Position numbers and translations under genes: made by a program. 64,000 bases of DNA, taken from contig JALFBN010000009.1 of assembly GCA_022772085.1 (NCBI GenBank), positions 22,428 through 86,427 of the forward strand. The letters are read 5' to 3'. The notes beneath the pieces are model-generated. The model searched no databases. It saw nothing but the letters and a program-made list of their open reading frames with translations, and was not told the DNA's origin. Origin of the DNA: Porphyromonas sp. (GTDB lineage: Bacteria > Bacteroidota > Bacteroidia > Bacteroidales > Porphyromonadaceae). Shown one piece after another: positions 39,501 to 48,161 of this stretch (position 1 is the stretch's first letter; each line of letters begins with the position of its first letter).

Positions 39501-40155
39501 TAAAAAGGTTGAGATCTTCGTACTCATGACGAATCCATCATTCCCGGACATCAACACGAAAACTCAGGGACTTCGTAGTGGATTCATCACCCTGAAACGC
39601 ACTCAAGTCGACGAGCCTTTGGATCCATCGAAGTTCGACACGAAGTTTGAGGGTATATACGAAAATGCTTTTTCCGAGTCGAAGAACTTGATCGAGATCA
39701 GACTTCCCAAGAACACGAAAGAGATCCGTCACAAAGCTTTCAGCAATTGCCCAAAGCTCCAAGCCGTTGTGATTGCAGCTCAAGTGGACAAGCTCTCTGA
39801 CAAAGCCTTTGAAGATAGAGAGGGTCTTGTGATCTATGTACCCACCGAAGCCATCAAGACCGAGTTCGAAAAGATTGGTAATTTTGAAAAAACGACTGTC
39901 GTAGTAGGCAACGGCCCCTTGGCAAATGATCCGATCACAGCTGGTAGAGCCTATGACCTCGCCTTTGAAGGACGTACCCTCATACTTTCCTCGCGAACAG
40001 CAGAGAACCAAGAGGTACAACTCTACGACATCCAAGGGCAAACCATTGCTCGTGCTATACTTCCTGCCAATAGTGAGATCCGCGTTACTCTCCCCCAAGG
40101 AGGGTGTTATGTACTTGCGATCCAAAATGAGGTATCTAAAGTATTCATTCCCTAA
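36595..40155 (+). CDS. BspA-like leucine-rich-repeat surface protein, T9SS cargo
   Basis: Likely start MRKKIHLL (signal peptide); BspA-type repeats (IGDNAFRAS, VGERAFAEC, LGNHAFDGC); internalin-type repeats (LDLSKMPKLRQL, LDLSHNPELTYL); CTD-like end LPQGGCYVLAIQNEVSKVFIP. Confidence 0.9.
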   Translation: MRKKIHLLFVALFLYSLSTSSLCAQSGGSFSFEIQAGELASKLPANKNEVQDLTLKGTLNTGDLSLLRTLTQLSRLDMREVTIETGGDGYTSTYFPDQTLQVEKPNTLPKALFAGMKSLQSILLPTRLVAIGDNAFRASGVTYIQIPESVTTVGERAFAECTALSKATLHAKLPKIAKGLFEGCATLTSIQSSKITEVGDDAFRGCKALKLTLSGGVTRVGDNAFRGCESLEIAYLANTVTYLGNHAFDGCSSLSMIFIKSNIETMGEYIFANCPKLVNINTPYNFTKLTKGMFAHCTALQEVWLGSGLKEVGAAAFENCTALTSFRIDSPSVPTVDATSFAGVTRGGIELLVPNGKSAIYSANDEWKKFRVKELALSDNGVKVVTIHQKSGTSKGLKVGIRTTLPLAFDLGNGSVIKKAPGTYSSSKNQIDCTNGGKTVDLLSMPSALRNLIINDLDGNDIEHITFNTPELDYLWLAGSQITSLDLSKMPKLRQLNIYDNVLLESLDLSHNPELTYLDISFAEKIQKLDLSATSKLRTLKAAQTKLSSWDLSRVPLLTEIDLSMTKIRELDLSSLTQIRLIMLPSCGLEHVTFPSAPDLKEVFINDNKLSADELNAIYKALPQRDAADEAKIYIKNNPGAETSNTGLLKSKNWVADMEGTGTDTPDLTQEAISFFTENKTISFNVIGSKNETLSIDWGDGSRIERATITTGMQKNLKHTFETSTPQHEVKIFGEGITTLSTTLFNVLGLTYLDVSHCPSLQKLAIPNGNNLLSVDLSKNNELTHIDLAGCKLNAITLPENGAKIREIKLSTNDISKLDLKGMSALEVLSAPSNKLKEIDLTPCPKLKKINLNLNGLEKVVGLKNLTELTELDIANNTLPFSMLPPRKNMTSYVYNQYWYDIPGELIKDYTIDLSAEYMVQGITDQPEQTTYKWYIQKTMTEKVEVPQTAYTEQNGIFTFNDTLFPQGSKKVEIFVLMTNPSFPDINTKTQGLRSGFITLKRTQVDEPLDPSKFDTKFEGIYENAFSESKNLIEIRLPKNTKEIRHKAFSNCPKLQAVVIAAQVDKLSDKAFEDREGLVIYVPTEAIKTEFEKIGNFEKTTVVVGNGPLANDPITAGRAYDLAFEGRTLILSSRTAENQEVQLYDIQGQTIARAILPANSEIRVTLPQGGCYVLAIQNEVSKVFIP

Positions 40156-40169
40156 CATTCTTGAGACAA

Positions 40170-40865
40170 ATGAAAAAAACATATTGCACACTACTCAGTG
40201 CCATGATCCTGAGCATTGGTAGTTTAGCCGCACAAAGTGCACTCCACAAAGAGATCAACCTCACAACAACCGGTTCTCTCCCAAAGCAACTCTCACTAGA
40301 GGAAGCAATGGGCTTAACCTCAATTAAAGTAACCGGAGTGATTAACGAAAGTGACATCGCCCTACTTAACAGCATGGCCTCTGCCGGCAAGTTAGAAAAA
40401 ATCGACCTCAGTGAAGCAACCTTCGGCGAAACTAAGGATGCTCTCCTACTCGATGCCTCCCAATACTTCTTGCCCATGATCGCAGCCCTCAAGACAGAGG
40501 ATGTCGCTGGCATGGAGGCATACGAAGCGAGTTTAGGTCATAAAAAAGATCCCCGCTCAGTACCCGGATTTTGGACTTTCTATACTGAAAAGGAGATTTT
40601 CTTTATGACCGGTTACATGAGAGGTTGGGATATGAAGATCAACGAAGCTGTACTCAAAAGCCAAAATGTAGCTCTCATACGCAGCCCACAGATTCGATCA
40701 TGGCTCAAAACAATGGGGTATGAGTACCGTGATGCTCGCACCGATGGCGACCTGATCTTCAAGAACGAAGAGACAGGCATATGGTGCTTGCTTCACTTCA
40801 CTCCCTACAGTAAGACCGACTTCCCCGGTATCCACTTCTCTTCAGATGAATACGAAGTTTGGTAA
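40170..40865 (+). CDS. Hypothetical exported protein sharing the N-terminal module of the LRR protein
   Basis: ATG 40170 (or TTG 40161), 14 nt after the LRR stop; signal peptide ..AA/Q; GSLPKQL..IKVTGVINESDIALL..LEKIDLSEAT; no CTD. Confidence 0.75.
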   Translation: MKKTYCTLLSAMILSIGSLAAQSALHKEINLTTTGSLPKQLSLEEAMGLTSIKVTGVINESDIALLNSMASAGKLEKIDLSEATFGETKDALLLDASQYFLPMIAALKTEDVAGMEAYEASLGHKKDPRSVPGFWTFYTEKEIFFMTGYMRGWDMKINEAVLKSQNVALIRSPQIRSWLKTMGYEYRDARTDGDLIFKNEETGIWCLLHFTPYSKTDFPGIHFSSDEYEVW

Positions 40866-40939
40866 AGAGATACTCCAAAGGATACTCCTCTAAAAGCTGC
40901 ACCACGTAGCTCCATGGGGGCAATCTCTTCCAATACAGA

Positions 40940-40974
40940 AAACCCACGATAGTTCAAAAGGCTATCGCGGGTTT
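40940..40974. terminator. Terminator between convergent LRR operon and DEAD-box helicase
   Basis: AAACCCACGATAG / CTATCGCGGGTTT inverted repeat (12 of 13; the mismatch is G-U on the - strand). Confidence 0.75.
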
Positions 40975-41051
40975 CTTATTTTAGAGAGAATCCCTATAAG
41001 GAGGAGCTACATTCTAAGAAATAGGTGTACCTCTTTTCGGGCAATTGTCAG

Positions 41052-42821
41052 CTATCGTTTTTTTCGTTTTTCCTTGGATTTGGGGAGCGGTTTACGGGGA
41101 GCTTTATCCCGACGGAAGTGTTTCTTATCCCCACCCGATGCTTTGCGCCCCTCACTTCGAGACGACTTCTTTGCCTCACCGCCATCTACGGCATCCGCAT
41201 AATCAATGATGATGCGTCTCCCTTCCACTTCGTACTGAGACATCTCCTCAATCACAAGGTGCGCATCATGGCTATCTACCTCAAAGAATGAGAACTTCTG
41301 CATCAAATCAATCTTACCAATACGTACCCGACCCGGTACGCAACGATTGATCAACTCAATGAGCTTATTTGGAAAGAGACGATCCGTCTTACCAAAATTG
41401 ATAAAGAGACGAGTCATGCCCTCTTCGACGGCACGAGGAGCTGCATTGCGACGCTCTTTGCGCTCTCCCTTGGTATCTCCTCCTCGGAGGACTTCTGTCT
41501 CGATCTCTTCCGCCTTACTGTAATAGGCAAAGAATCGCTCGAACTCCAACGTCATCAGACGACGCAAGAGTTCATCCCGATCCAGCCACGCCAACTTTTG
41601 GTTTACATCGGGCAGGATGGCATCAATATCCTGAGCGTGAGTCGTTGTATCTACCTCCTCAAGGCGTGAGGCTAGGTGGAAAAGGTGTTTGCTACAGATC
41701 TCGCGCCCCGAAGGCAGTGTACCAAATTCCATCTTAGCACTGATCAGCTTTTCGATACTTCTGATACGGCTCTTTTCTCGCAAATGGCACAACGCAATAG
41801 AAAGTCCCGTCTTGCCCGCACGAGCGGTACGTCCCGAGCGATGGGTGTAGTTCTCCACATCATCGGGAAGCCCATAGTGAATCACATGCGTGAGATTGTC
41901 CACGTCCAATCCGCGTGCCGCCACATCGGTAGCCACTAGTAGCTGTAGGTGCCCACTGCGGAAGCGTTGCATCACACGGTCTCGTTGCTCTTGACTCAAA
42001 TCTCCATGAAGTGCATCGGCATTGTAACCATCGGCAATAAGATGCTCGGCAATCTCCTTGGCCTCCATCCGAGTCCGACAGAAAACAATCCCATAGATGG
42101 AGGGATAAAAATCGACAATCCGCTTGAGGGCCAGATAACGTTGCCGAGCCGGCACAAGGTAGTAAAGGTGACGGATATTGCTATTGGCTTCGTTTTTACG
42201 ACCGATGGTTATCTCTTTAGGATTGTGTAGATAACTGTGCGCAATGGTGGCAACCTCTCGGGACATCGTCGCAGAGAATAGAAGCAAATTACGCTCTTCG
42301 GGAATCTCCGAAAGGATCGCCTTGAGATCTTCGCTAAATCCCATGTTTAGCATCTCATCGGCCTCATCAAGCACCACGGTATGGATGTTGGCAAGACTAA
42401 TAGCACGACGCCGCATCAGGTCGAGTAGGCGTCCGGGGGTCGCCACAACAATATCGACACCACGCTTTAGAGCACGGATCTGTGTTTCTATGGAGCTACC
42501 GCCATATACAGCCAGTACGTGTACTTCAGGTAAAAATTGGGCAAAAGACTCTAAGTCGCTCGCAATCTGCAAGCAAAGCTCGCGAGTAGGGGAAAGCACT
42601 AAGGCTTGTGGGGTGTTGCGTTGAGGGCGGAGCTTCTCCAAAAGGGGTAAGCCGTAAGCGGCCGTTTTGCCCGTACCCGTCTGAGCCAACGCTATAAGAT
42701 CTAAATTATCTTCTAGGAGATAGGGGATCACGGCAGCCTGCACGGGCATAGCCTCTGTGAATCCCAAGGCACTAACTGCGTCCAGCAGGGGTGCACTAAG
42801 GTTGAGTTCGTCAAATGTCAT
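41052..42821 (-). CDS. DEAD-box RNA helicase with DbpA-type C-terminal RNA-binding domain
   Basis: AQTGTGKT, PTRELC, TPGRLLD, DEADEM, SAT, ATDVAARGLD, HRSGRTARAG. Confidence 0.96.
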   Translation of the reverse strand: MTFDELNLSAPLLDAVSALGFTEAMPVQAAVIPYLLEDNLDLIALAQTGTGKTAAYGLPLLEKLRPQRNTPQALVLSPTRELCLQIASDLESFAQFLPEVHVLAVYGGSSIETQIRALKRGVDIVVATPGRLLDLMRRRAISLANIHTVVLDEADEMLNMGFSEDLKAILSEIPEERNLLLFSATMSREVATIAHSYLHNPKEITIGRKNEANSNIRHLYYLVPARQRYLALKRIVDFYPSIYGIVFCRTRMEAKEIAEHLIADGYNADALHGDLSQEQRDRVMQRFRSGHLQLLVATDVAARGLDVDNLTHVIHYGLPDDVENYTHRSGRTARAGKTGLSIALCHLREKSRIRSIEKLISAKMEFGTLPSGREICSKHLFHLASRLEEVDTTTHAQDIDAILPDVNQKLAWLDRDELLRRLMTLEFERFFAYYSKAEEIETEVLRGGDTKGERKERRNAAPRAVEEGMTRLFINFGKTDRLFPNKLIELINRCVPGRVRIGKIDLMQKFSFFEVDSHDAHLVIEEMSQYEVEGRRIIIDYADAVDGGEAKKSSRSEGRKASGGDKKHFRRDKAPRKPLPKSKEKRKKR

Positions 42822-42827
42822 CGCCTA

Positions 42828-42835
42828 CAAAGGTA
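42828..42835 (-). promoter_or_regulatory. -7 promoter box (TACCTTTG) only 6 nt from the helicase ATG
   Basis: Minus strand reads TACCTTTG TAGGCG ATG. Confidence 0.6.
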
Positions 42836-42945
42836 CACCAAAAAATCTCACCTAAAGCATTACAGCACAAATAATAACATAGTAGAGATTTTCACAAAAC
42901 CCATAAAAGGTCTGCCACTCACCTGATTACCAACCAAACAACAAA

Positions 42946-43051
42946 AGAGAGGCCGCGCCACAAGACCCAAAGAAGGGTTCTACGGCACAGCCTCTCTCTC
43001 CATTTAGGGAATCCTTTCCCCCTCTGCTCCTTTCAACTCAAGGGCAGAGGG
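42946..43051 (-). terminator. Two tandem hairpins downstream of nifJ
   Basis: Stem 42946-42997 (AGAGAGGCUGUGCC/GGCGCGGCCUCUCU with G-U pairs on -, followed by U-run) and stem 43020-43051 (CCCTCTGC/GCAGAGGG). Confidence 0.75.
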
Positions 43052-43080
43052 AGAGAATCTTTAAAGACGAGTTTGTTTTC

Positions 43081-46000
43081 TTATTCCTCTACACTCCAAT
43101 CGGTCTTGACCAGACGTTGATAGCTGTTGTAGCGATACTTCGCTGCTTGTAGCGAGGCCTCAGCAAGCTCATCCGCTTCTTCGGGGAATTGCTTATAGAG
43201 AGACGAGTAACGCACTTCGCTCTTGAGGAAGTCTTTAAACTTGCTCCAATCGGGTTCTTTGCTATCGAACGAGAAGGGGTTCTTGCCCTCTTCTGCCAAC
43301 GTAGGATCGTAGTGCCAAAGATGCCAGTAACCACACTCTACGGCACGCTTCTCCTCGCTCTGAGCATTACCCATACCGCCCTTCAATCCGTGAGAGATAC
43401 AAGGAGCATAAGCGATAACGAGCGAAGGTCCGTCGTAAGCCTCAGCCTCACGGATAACCTTGAGCGTCTGAGCTTGGTTTGCTCCCATAGCGATCTGTGC
43501 TACATAGACATAACCGTAGGTCGTAGCAATAAGTCCAAGATCTTTTTTACGGACACGTTTACCTCCGGCAGCGAACTTGGCAATAGCCCCCAGAGGAGTA
43601 CTCTTAGAGCTCTGCCCTCCCGTATTGGAGTAAACCTCCGTATCCAGCACGAGGACGTTAACATTCTTGCCCGAAGCCAGCACGTGATCGAGACCACCAA
43701 AGCCAATATCGTATGCCCAACCGTCACCACCGATGATCCACTGTGAGTGTTTAAGGAAATAGTCTTTAAGCTCTCGCATTTCGTCCAAAGCAGTAGTCTT
43801 TTCGGCTTCGAGCCAAGGAACGATCGCATCACTAAGACGACGTGTTTCAGCTGAATTTTCAAAGTTAGCCATCCACTCTTCAAGGAGAGATTTCAATTCT
43901 CCCGACACAACTCCATCTGTCAACGCTCGTTCTACAACGTGAGACAAGCGATCACGCATCGTATTGGCTGCAATACGCATACCCAAACCAAATTCGGCAT
44001 TGTCTTCAAAGAGCGAATTGGCCCATGCAGGTCCATGACCGCACGCATCCGTGGTATAAGGAGTAGAGGGTGCAGAAGCGGAATAAATTGAAGAACAACC
44101 CGTAGCATTGGCGACCATCTGGCGGGTACCGAAGAGTTGCGAAATGAGCTTAACATAGGGAGTTTCGCCACAACCCGAGCAGGCACCTGAGAATTCAAAC
44201 AGAGGTTGTGCAAACTGGCTGTTCTTGACATTAGCAAGGATGTCGACCAGTTTCGCCTTGTTGGTGACCTGCTTGATCATCTTATCCCAATTGTCCTGTT
44301 CATCGTATTGCGTTGTAAGGGGCACCATTTCAAGTGCCTTACCATTTTTGTTCCCCGGGCATACATTAGCACAGTTGCCACAGCCCAAGCAGTCGAGGAC
44401 ATCCACCTGAATGCGGAAGCCCAAACCGGCCTCTTTAAGCCCCTTGCCCATGGCTTCGAGCGTTGCAACGCCTGTCATATTCTTTTCTGCCGCATCGAGC
44501 AAGAATGGACGAATCGTTGCGTGAGGACATACAAAGGCACACTGATTACATTGGATACAATTGTCCATCTTCCATACAGGAACAAATGTAGCCACACCAC
44601 GCTTTTCACTCGCAGCCGTACCATTATCCCAGGTACCGTCTTCACGACCGATAAAGGCACTTACGGGGAGGTCGTCTCCGGCTTGCGCATTGACCTTACG
44701 TACCACTTCGTGGATAAAGTCAGTATCGTCAGCATGACGCACAGGAGTTTCATCTTCCAGATTAGCCCACTCAGCCTTCACGGGAATTTCAACGATTTCG
44801 CTACCACGATCTACGGCAGCATAGTTCTTATTCACGACATCATCACCTTTCTTCGCATAGCTCTTCACGATGAACTTCTTCATCTGCTCTACGGCAAGGT
44901 CATAGGGGATTACGTTGGCAATCTTAAAGAAAGCCGATTGCAAGATCGTATTGGTGCGATTACCCAAGCCAATCTCTTGTGCAATAGCCGTTGCGTTGAT
45001 GGTGTAGAAGCGAATATTGTTCTTCGCAAGATAACGCTTCACCTTATTGGGGAGGTGCTGTTCAATATCCTCAGGAGCCCAAATGGAGTTCAAGAGGAAT
45101 GTACCATTCTTCTTCAGTCCCTTGAGGACATCGTACATGTGGAGATAAGCAGGCACGTGGCAAGCAACGAAATCAGGCGTCACCACGAGGTAGGTCGAAC
45201 GAATAGGCTTGTCCCCAAAACGAAGGTGTGAAGCCGTGAAACCTCCCGACTTCTTAGAGTCGTAAGCGAAGTAAGCCTGACAATACTTGTCGGTATTATC
45301 ACCGATAATCTTTACGGAGTTCTTGTTTGCTCCTACCGTACCATCTGCGCCGAGACCAAAGAATTTGGCCTCAAATGTTCCATCGGCAAAGATCAAATCT
45401 TCATGCAGAGGCAGAGAGGTAAAGGTTACATCATCGACAATACCGATGGTGAATTGGTTCTTAGGTGTAGGGAGACTCAAATTCTCAAACACAGCAGCGA
45501 TCTGAGCGGGCGTTGTGTCTTTAGAAGAGAGACCGTAGCGACCGCCAACCACGAGCGGAGCATTTTCCTTACCATAGAATACGTTGCGCACATCCATATA
45601 GAGGGGATCACCCATCGCTCCGGGTTCTTTGGTTCGATCGAGTACAGCGATGCGCTTCGTCGTTGTGGGCAAAGCTCCCAAGAAGTGCTTGATACTAAAT
45701 GGACGGTAGAGATGAACAGCCAAGAGACCAACCTTCTCTCCCTTTGCTTGCAGGTAATCCACCGTTTCGCGAATCGCCTCCGTTACAGACCCCATGGCAA
45801 TAATCACACGCTCAGCGTCAGGAGCTCCATAGTAATCAAAGAGGTGGTAACTACGCCCTGTAACCGTAGCCATCTTGTCCATATAGTCCTGTACCATATC
45901 GGGCAGAGCGAGGTAGAAGGGATTAGCAGCCTCTCTATTTTGGAAGTAAATGTCGCCATTCTGTGCCGTACCACGCGTTACAGGCTTATTGGGAGTGAGT

Positions 46001-46626
46001 GCACGATTGCGGAAGCCGAGGAGAGCCTCATGATCCACAAGGGGAGCAACATCTTCATTGTCAAGGCTTTCAATCTTTTGGATTTCGTGCGAAGTGCGGA
46101 AGCCATCAAAGAAGTGAATAAAGGGAACACGGCTCTTGATCGAGGTAAGGTGTGCCACGGCAGCCAAATCCATCACCTCTTGAACTGATCCCGTACAGAG
46201 TTGAGCAAACCCCGTCATACGTGCACTCATCACGTCTTGTTGATCCCCGAAAATCGAGAGAGCTTGCGCTGCAATAGCACGAGCCGATACGTGGAACACT
46301 CCGGGGAGCAACTCTCCTGCAATCTTGTACATATTGGGGAGCATCAATAGAAGCCCCTGAGATGCGGTAAAAGTCGTAGCCAAGGCACCCGCTTGTAGGG
46401 CTCCGTGCATCGCTGCAACGGCACCACCCTCACTCTGCATCTCTTCGACCTTTACGACCTCTCCGAATATATTTTTACGTTTTTGGGCAGCCCATTCGTC
46501 CACAAACTCCGCCATCGTAGAAGATGGTGTAATCGGATAAATGGCAGCAACCTCACTGAACATGTAGGCGATGTGTGCTGCGGCCTGATTGCCATCGCAC
46601 GTCATCATTTTCTTTTGCTTTGCCAT
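43081..46626 (-). CDS. nifJ: Pyruvate:ferredoxin (flavodoxin) oxidoreductase
   Basis: YPITPSS, EMQSEGGA, DGFRTSHE, CIQCNQC, CLGCGNC, FEFSGACSGCGETPY, GGDGWAYDIG. Confidence 0.98.
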   Translation of the reverse strand: MAKQKKMMTCDGNQAAAHIAYMFSEVAAIYPITPSSTMAEFVDEWAAQKRKNIFGEVVKVEEMQSEGGAVAAMHGALQAGALATTFTASQGLLLMLPNMYKIAGELLPGVFHVSARAIAAQALSIFGDQQDVMSARMTGFAQLCTGSVQEVMDLAAVAHLTSIKSRVPFIHFFDGFRTSHEIQKIESLDNEDVAPLVDHEALLGFRNRALTPNKPVTRGTAQNGDIYFQNREAANPFYLALPDMVQDYMDKMATVTGRSYHLFDYYGAPDAERVIIAMGSVTEAIRETVDYLQAKGEKVGLLAVHLYRPFSIKHFLGALPTTTKRIAVLDRTKEPGAMGDPLYMDVRNVFYGKENAPLVVGGRYGLSSKDTTPAQIAAVFENLSLPTPKNQFTIGIVDDVTFTSLPLHEDLIFADGTFEAKFFGLGADGTVGANKNSVKIIGDNTDKYCQAYFAYDSKKSGGFTASHLRFGDKPIRSTYLVVTPDFVACHVPAYLHMYDVLKGLKKNGTFLLNSIWAPEDIEQHLPNKVKRYLAKNNIRFYTINATAIAQEIGLGNRTNTILQSAFFKIANVIPYDLAVEQMKKFIVKSYAKKGDDVVNKNYAAVDRGSEIVEIPVKAEWANLEDETPVRHADDTDFIHEVVRKVNAQAGDDLPVSAFIGREDGTWDNGTAASEKRGVATFVPVWKMDNCIQCNQCAFVCPHATIRPFLLDAAEKNMTGVATLEAMGKGLKEAGLGFRIQVDVLDCLGCGNCANVCPGNKNGKALEMVPLTTQYDEQDNWDKMIKQVTNKAKLVDILANVKNSQFAQPLFEFSGACSGCGETPYVKLISQLFGTRQMVANATGCSSIYSASAPSTPYTTDACGHGPAWANSLFEDNAEFGLGMRIAANTMRDRLSHVVERALTDGVVSGELKSLLEEWMANFENSAETRRLSDAIVPWLEAEKTTALDEMRELKDYFLKHSQWIIGGDGWAYDIGFGGLDHVLASGKNVNVLVLDTEVYSNTGGQSSKSTPLGAIAKFAAGGKRVRKKDLGLIATTYGYVYVAQIAMGANQAQTLKVIREAEAYDGPSLVIAYAPCISHGLKGGMGNAQSEEKRAVECGYWHLWHYDPTLAEEGKNPFSFDSKEPDWSKFKDFLKSEVRYSSLYKQFPEEADELAEASLQAAKYRYNSYQRLVKTDWSVEE

Positions 46627-46690
46627 AGTCGGTACAGTTATTAATAGATATTTCTCTCTTTCGTTTAATTCGTAATGATTTGCCCAAGGC

Positions 46691-47881
46691 CTAATAGAGG
46701 AACCCGAACAACCACAAGGGGATTACATTGCGACTTCCCATATGAATACCATTGACGGCATAGTAGCGTTTAGGGTTGTAACGTGCCGTAATCTCACGAT
46801 CGACACGAAACTCTTGATCCCCATTGATGATAAAGTTTACATTACCTCGTATCGAAGCCTCCACCTCGCGTCCACGAAAGACTTGGCTCAAGAAGAAGGT
46901 ACGACAGACGTCGCTTCCGATATGGATGCCCACAGGAGTCTGGGGCAAGAGGGCATAGACGAGGTTTGGATTTTGCAGATAATATACCGAGGGGGCCTTG
47001 ACCTCGGCAGAACCATTCTTGTGAAGTAGCGTTACAAGCCCCGCATCACGTAAAAAGTTCACATAATTCGTCACCGTAGCTCGCGAGGTATCAATCCCCT
47101 TGGCCAGACTGGAGACATTAAGCAGAGCAGGTCCCTCAATTGACATCAGATAGATCAATTTACGCAACTTGGGGAGCAGACGTTGGTCGATATTGCGTAT
47201 GTACATCACATCAACCTCCAGGGTCATGTTAATGTTTTTCAGAATATCTTCCGAAAAGCTATTTTGTTCCAAGAAGTAGGGGTAGTAGCCATGCTGAAGA
47301 TACTCATTGACCCAATGCGCGGGATTGAGTTTCGTCTGAATCTCTCTTGCCAGCTCCATATGGCGATTCAAAATATCGTCCCATTGGACCACGGGAAGCT
47401 GTACACCCGACTGCGAGTAGATAAATTCCCTAAGAGAAAAGCCCGGCAACTCATACGTCTTGCCCACAGAGAGCACATCGGTATTACCGACCCCGACAAT
47501 CAGCGGAGAGCCCGAGTAGATGATACGGAGTGCCGGATATTTTTCGTAACACTCCAAGAGCTCCTCTTTCCAAGAAGGATACTTAAATATTTGATCCAAG
47601 AGGAGAGTTTCCCCTCCCATAGCAACAAACTCTCCGGCAAAATCAACCAACCTTTTAGTGGTGAACATGAATTGGTTTAGATTGATATATAAGCATTTGC
47701 GATTGTGAGAACCATAGTTTTCGTTCACCCAATCCAATAGAAAAGTGGTTTTGCCCACTCCTCGAGCGCCAACAATCCCTACCAAGCGTTCTTTGGGGTC
47801 GATTTCGTCCATCAACATACGTCGCACGGTATTGTCCTGTGCACGTAACAAATGATCGTGTGTCCTAAAAAGACTTTCCAT
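46691..47881 (-). CDS. AAA+ ATPase (AAA_14/DUF4143-like) with winged-helix region
   Basis: Likely start MESLF (47881); Walker A GARGVGKT; Walker B LLLDQIFKY; GYYPYF; SRATVTNYVNFL; ends IPLWLFGFLY. Confidence 0.88.
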   Translation of the reverse strand: MESLFRTHDHLLRAQDNTVRRMLMDEIDPKERLVGIVGARGVGKTTFLLDWVNENYGSHNRKCLYINLNQFMFTTKRLVDFAGEFVAMGGETLLLDQIFKYPSWKEELLECYEKYPALRIIYSGSPLIVGVGNTDVLSVGKTYELPGFSLREFIYSQSGVQLPVVQWDDILNRHMELAREIQTKLNPAHWVNEYLQHGYYPYFLEQNSFSEDILKNINMTLEVDVMYIRNIDQRLLPKLRKLIYLMSIEGPALLNVSSLAKGIDTSRATVTNYVNFLRDAGLVTLLHKNGSAEVKAPSVYYLQNPNLVYALLPQTPVGIHIGSDVCRTFFLSQVFRGREVEASIRGNVNFIINGDQEFRVDREITARYNPKRYYAVNGIHMGSRNVIPLWLFGFLY

Positions 47882-47906
47882 TCTATTGATACCAATTTTT
47901 CGGTAG

Positions 47907-47937
47907 CAAAGGTAAAGAATACTTTCTATATTGCAAA
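47907..47937 (-). promoter_or_regulatory. Promoter TTTG-N19-TACCTTTG for AAA ATPase (and possibly nifJ)
   Basis: CAAAGGTA 47907-47914 and CAAA 47934-47937 on +. Confidence 0.7.
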
Positions 47938-48116
47938 ACGTAAATGGCAAAACCAAGCGTTTTTCATCAAAAAGTGCAATTATCAGGGAATAAAGTAGCG
48001 TATAGTGGTTAATCCATCCTGGGGATAAGACCTGTAAAACAGCTCTACAAGAACAAACAAACGAATGACATTCGCCAAAAACACCACCCTGAACGATCCA
48101 AATTCAAAACAACAAA

Positions 48117-48161
48117 TAAAAAAAGCACCACCTCGCATTCTCAAAGAACGGAGGCGATGCT
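48117..48161 (-). terminator. Intrinsic terminator after the thioesterase
   Basis: Minus-strand stem AGCAUCGCCUC/GAGGUGGUGCU (with G-U pairs) followed by a U-run. Confidence 0.8.
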
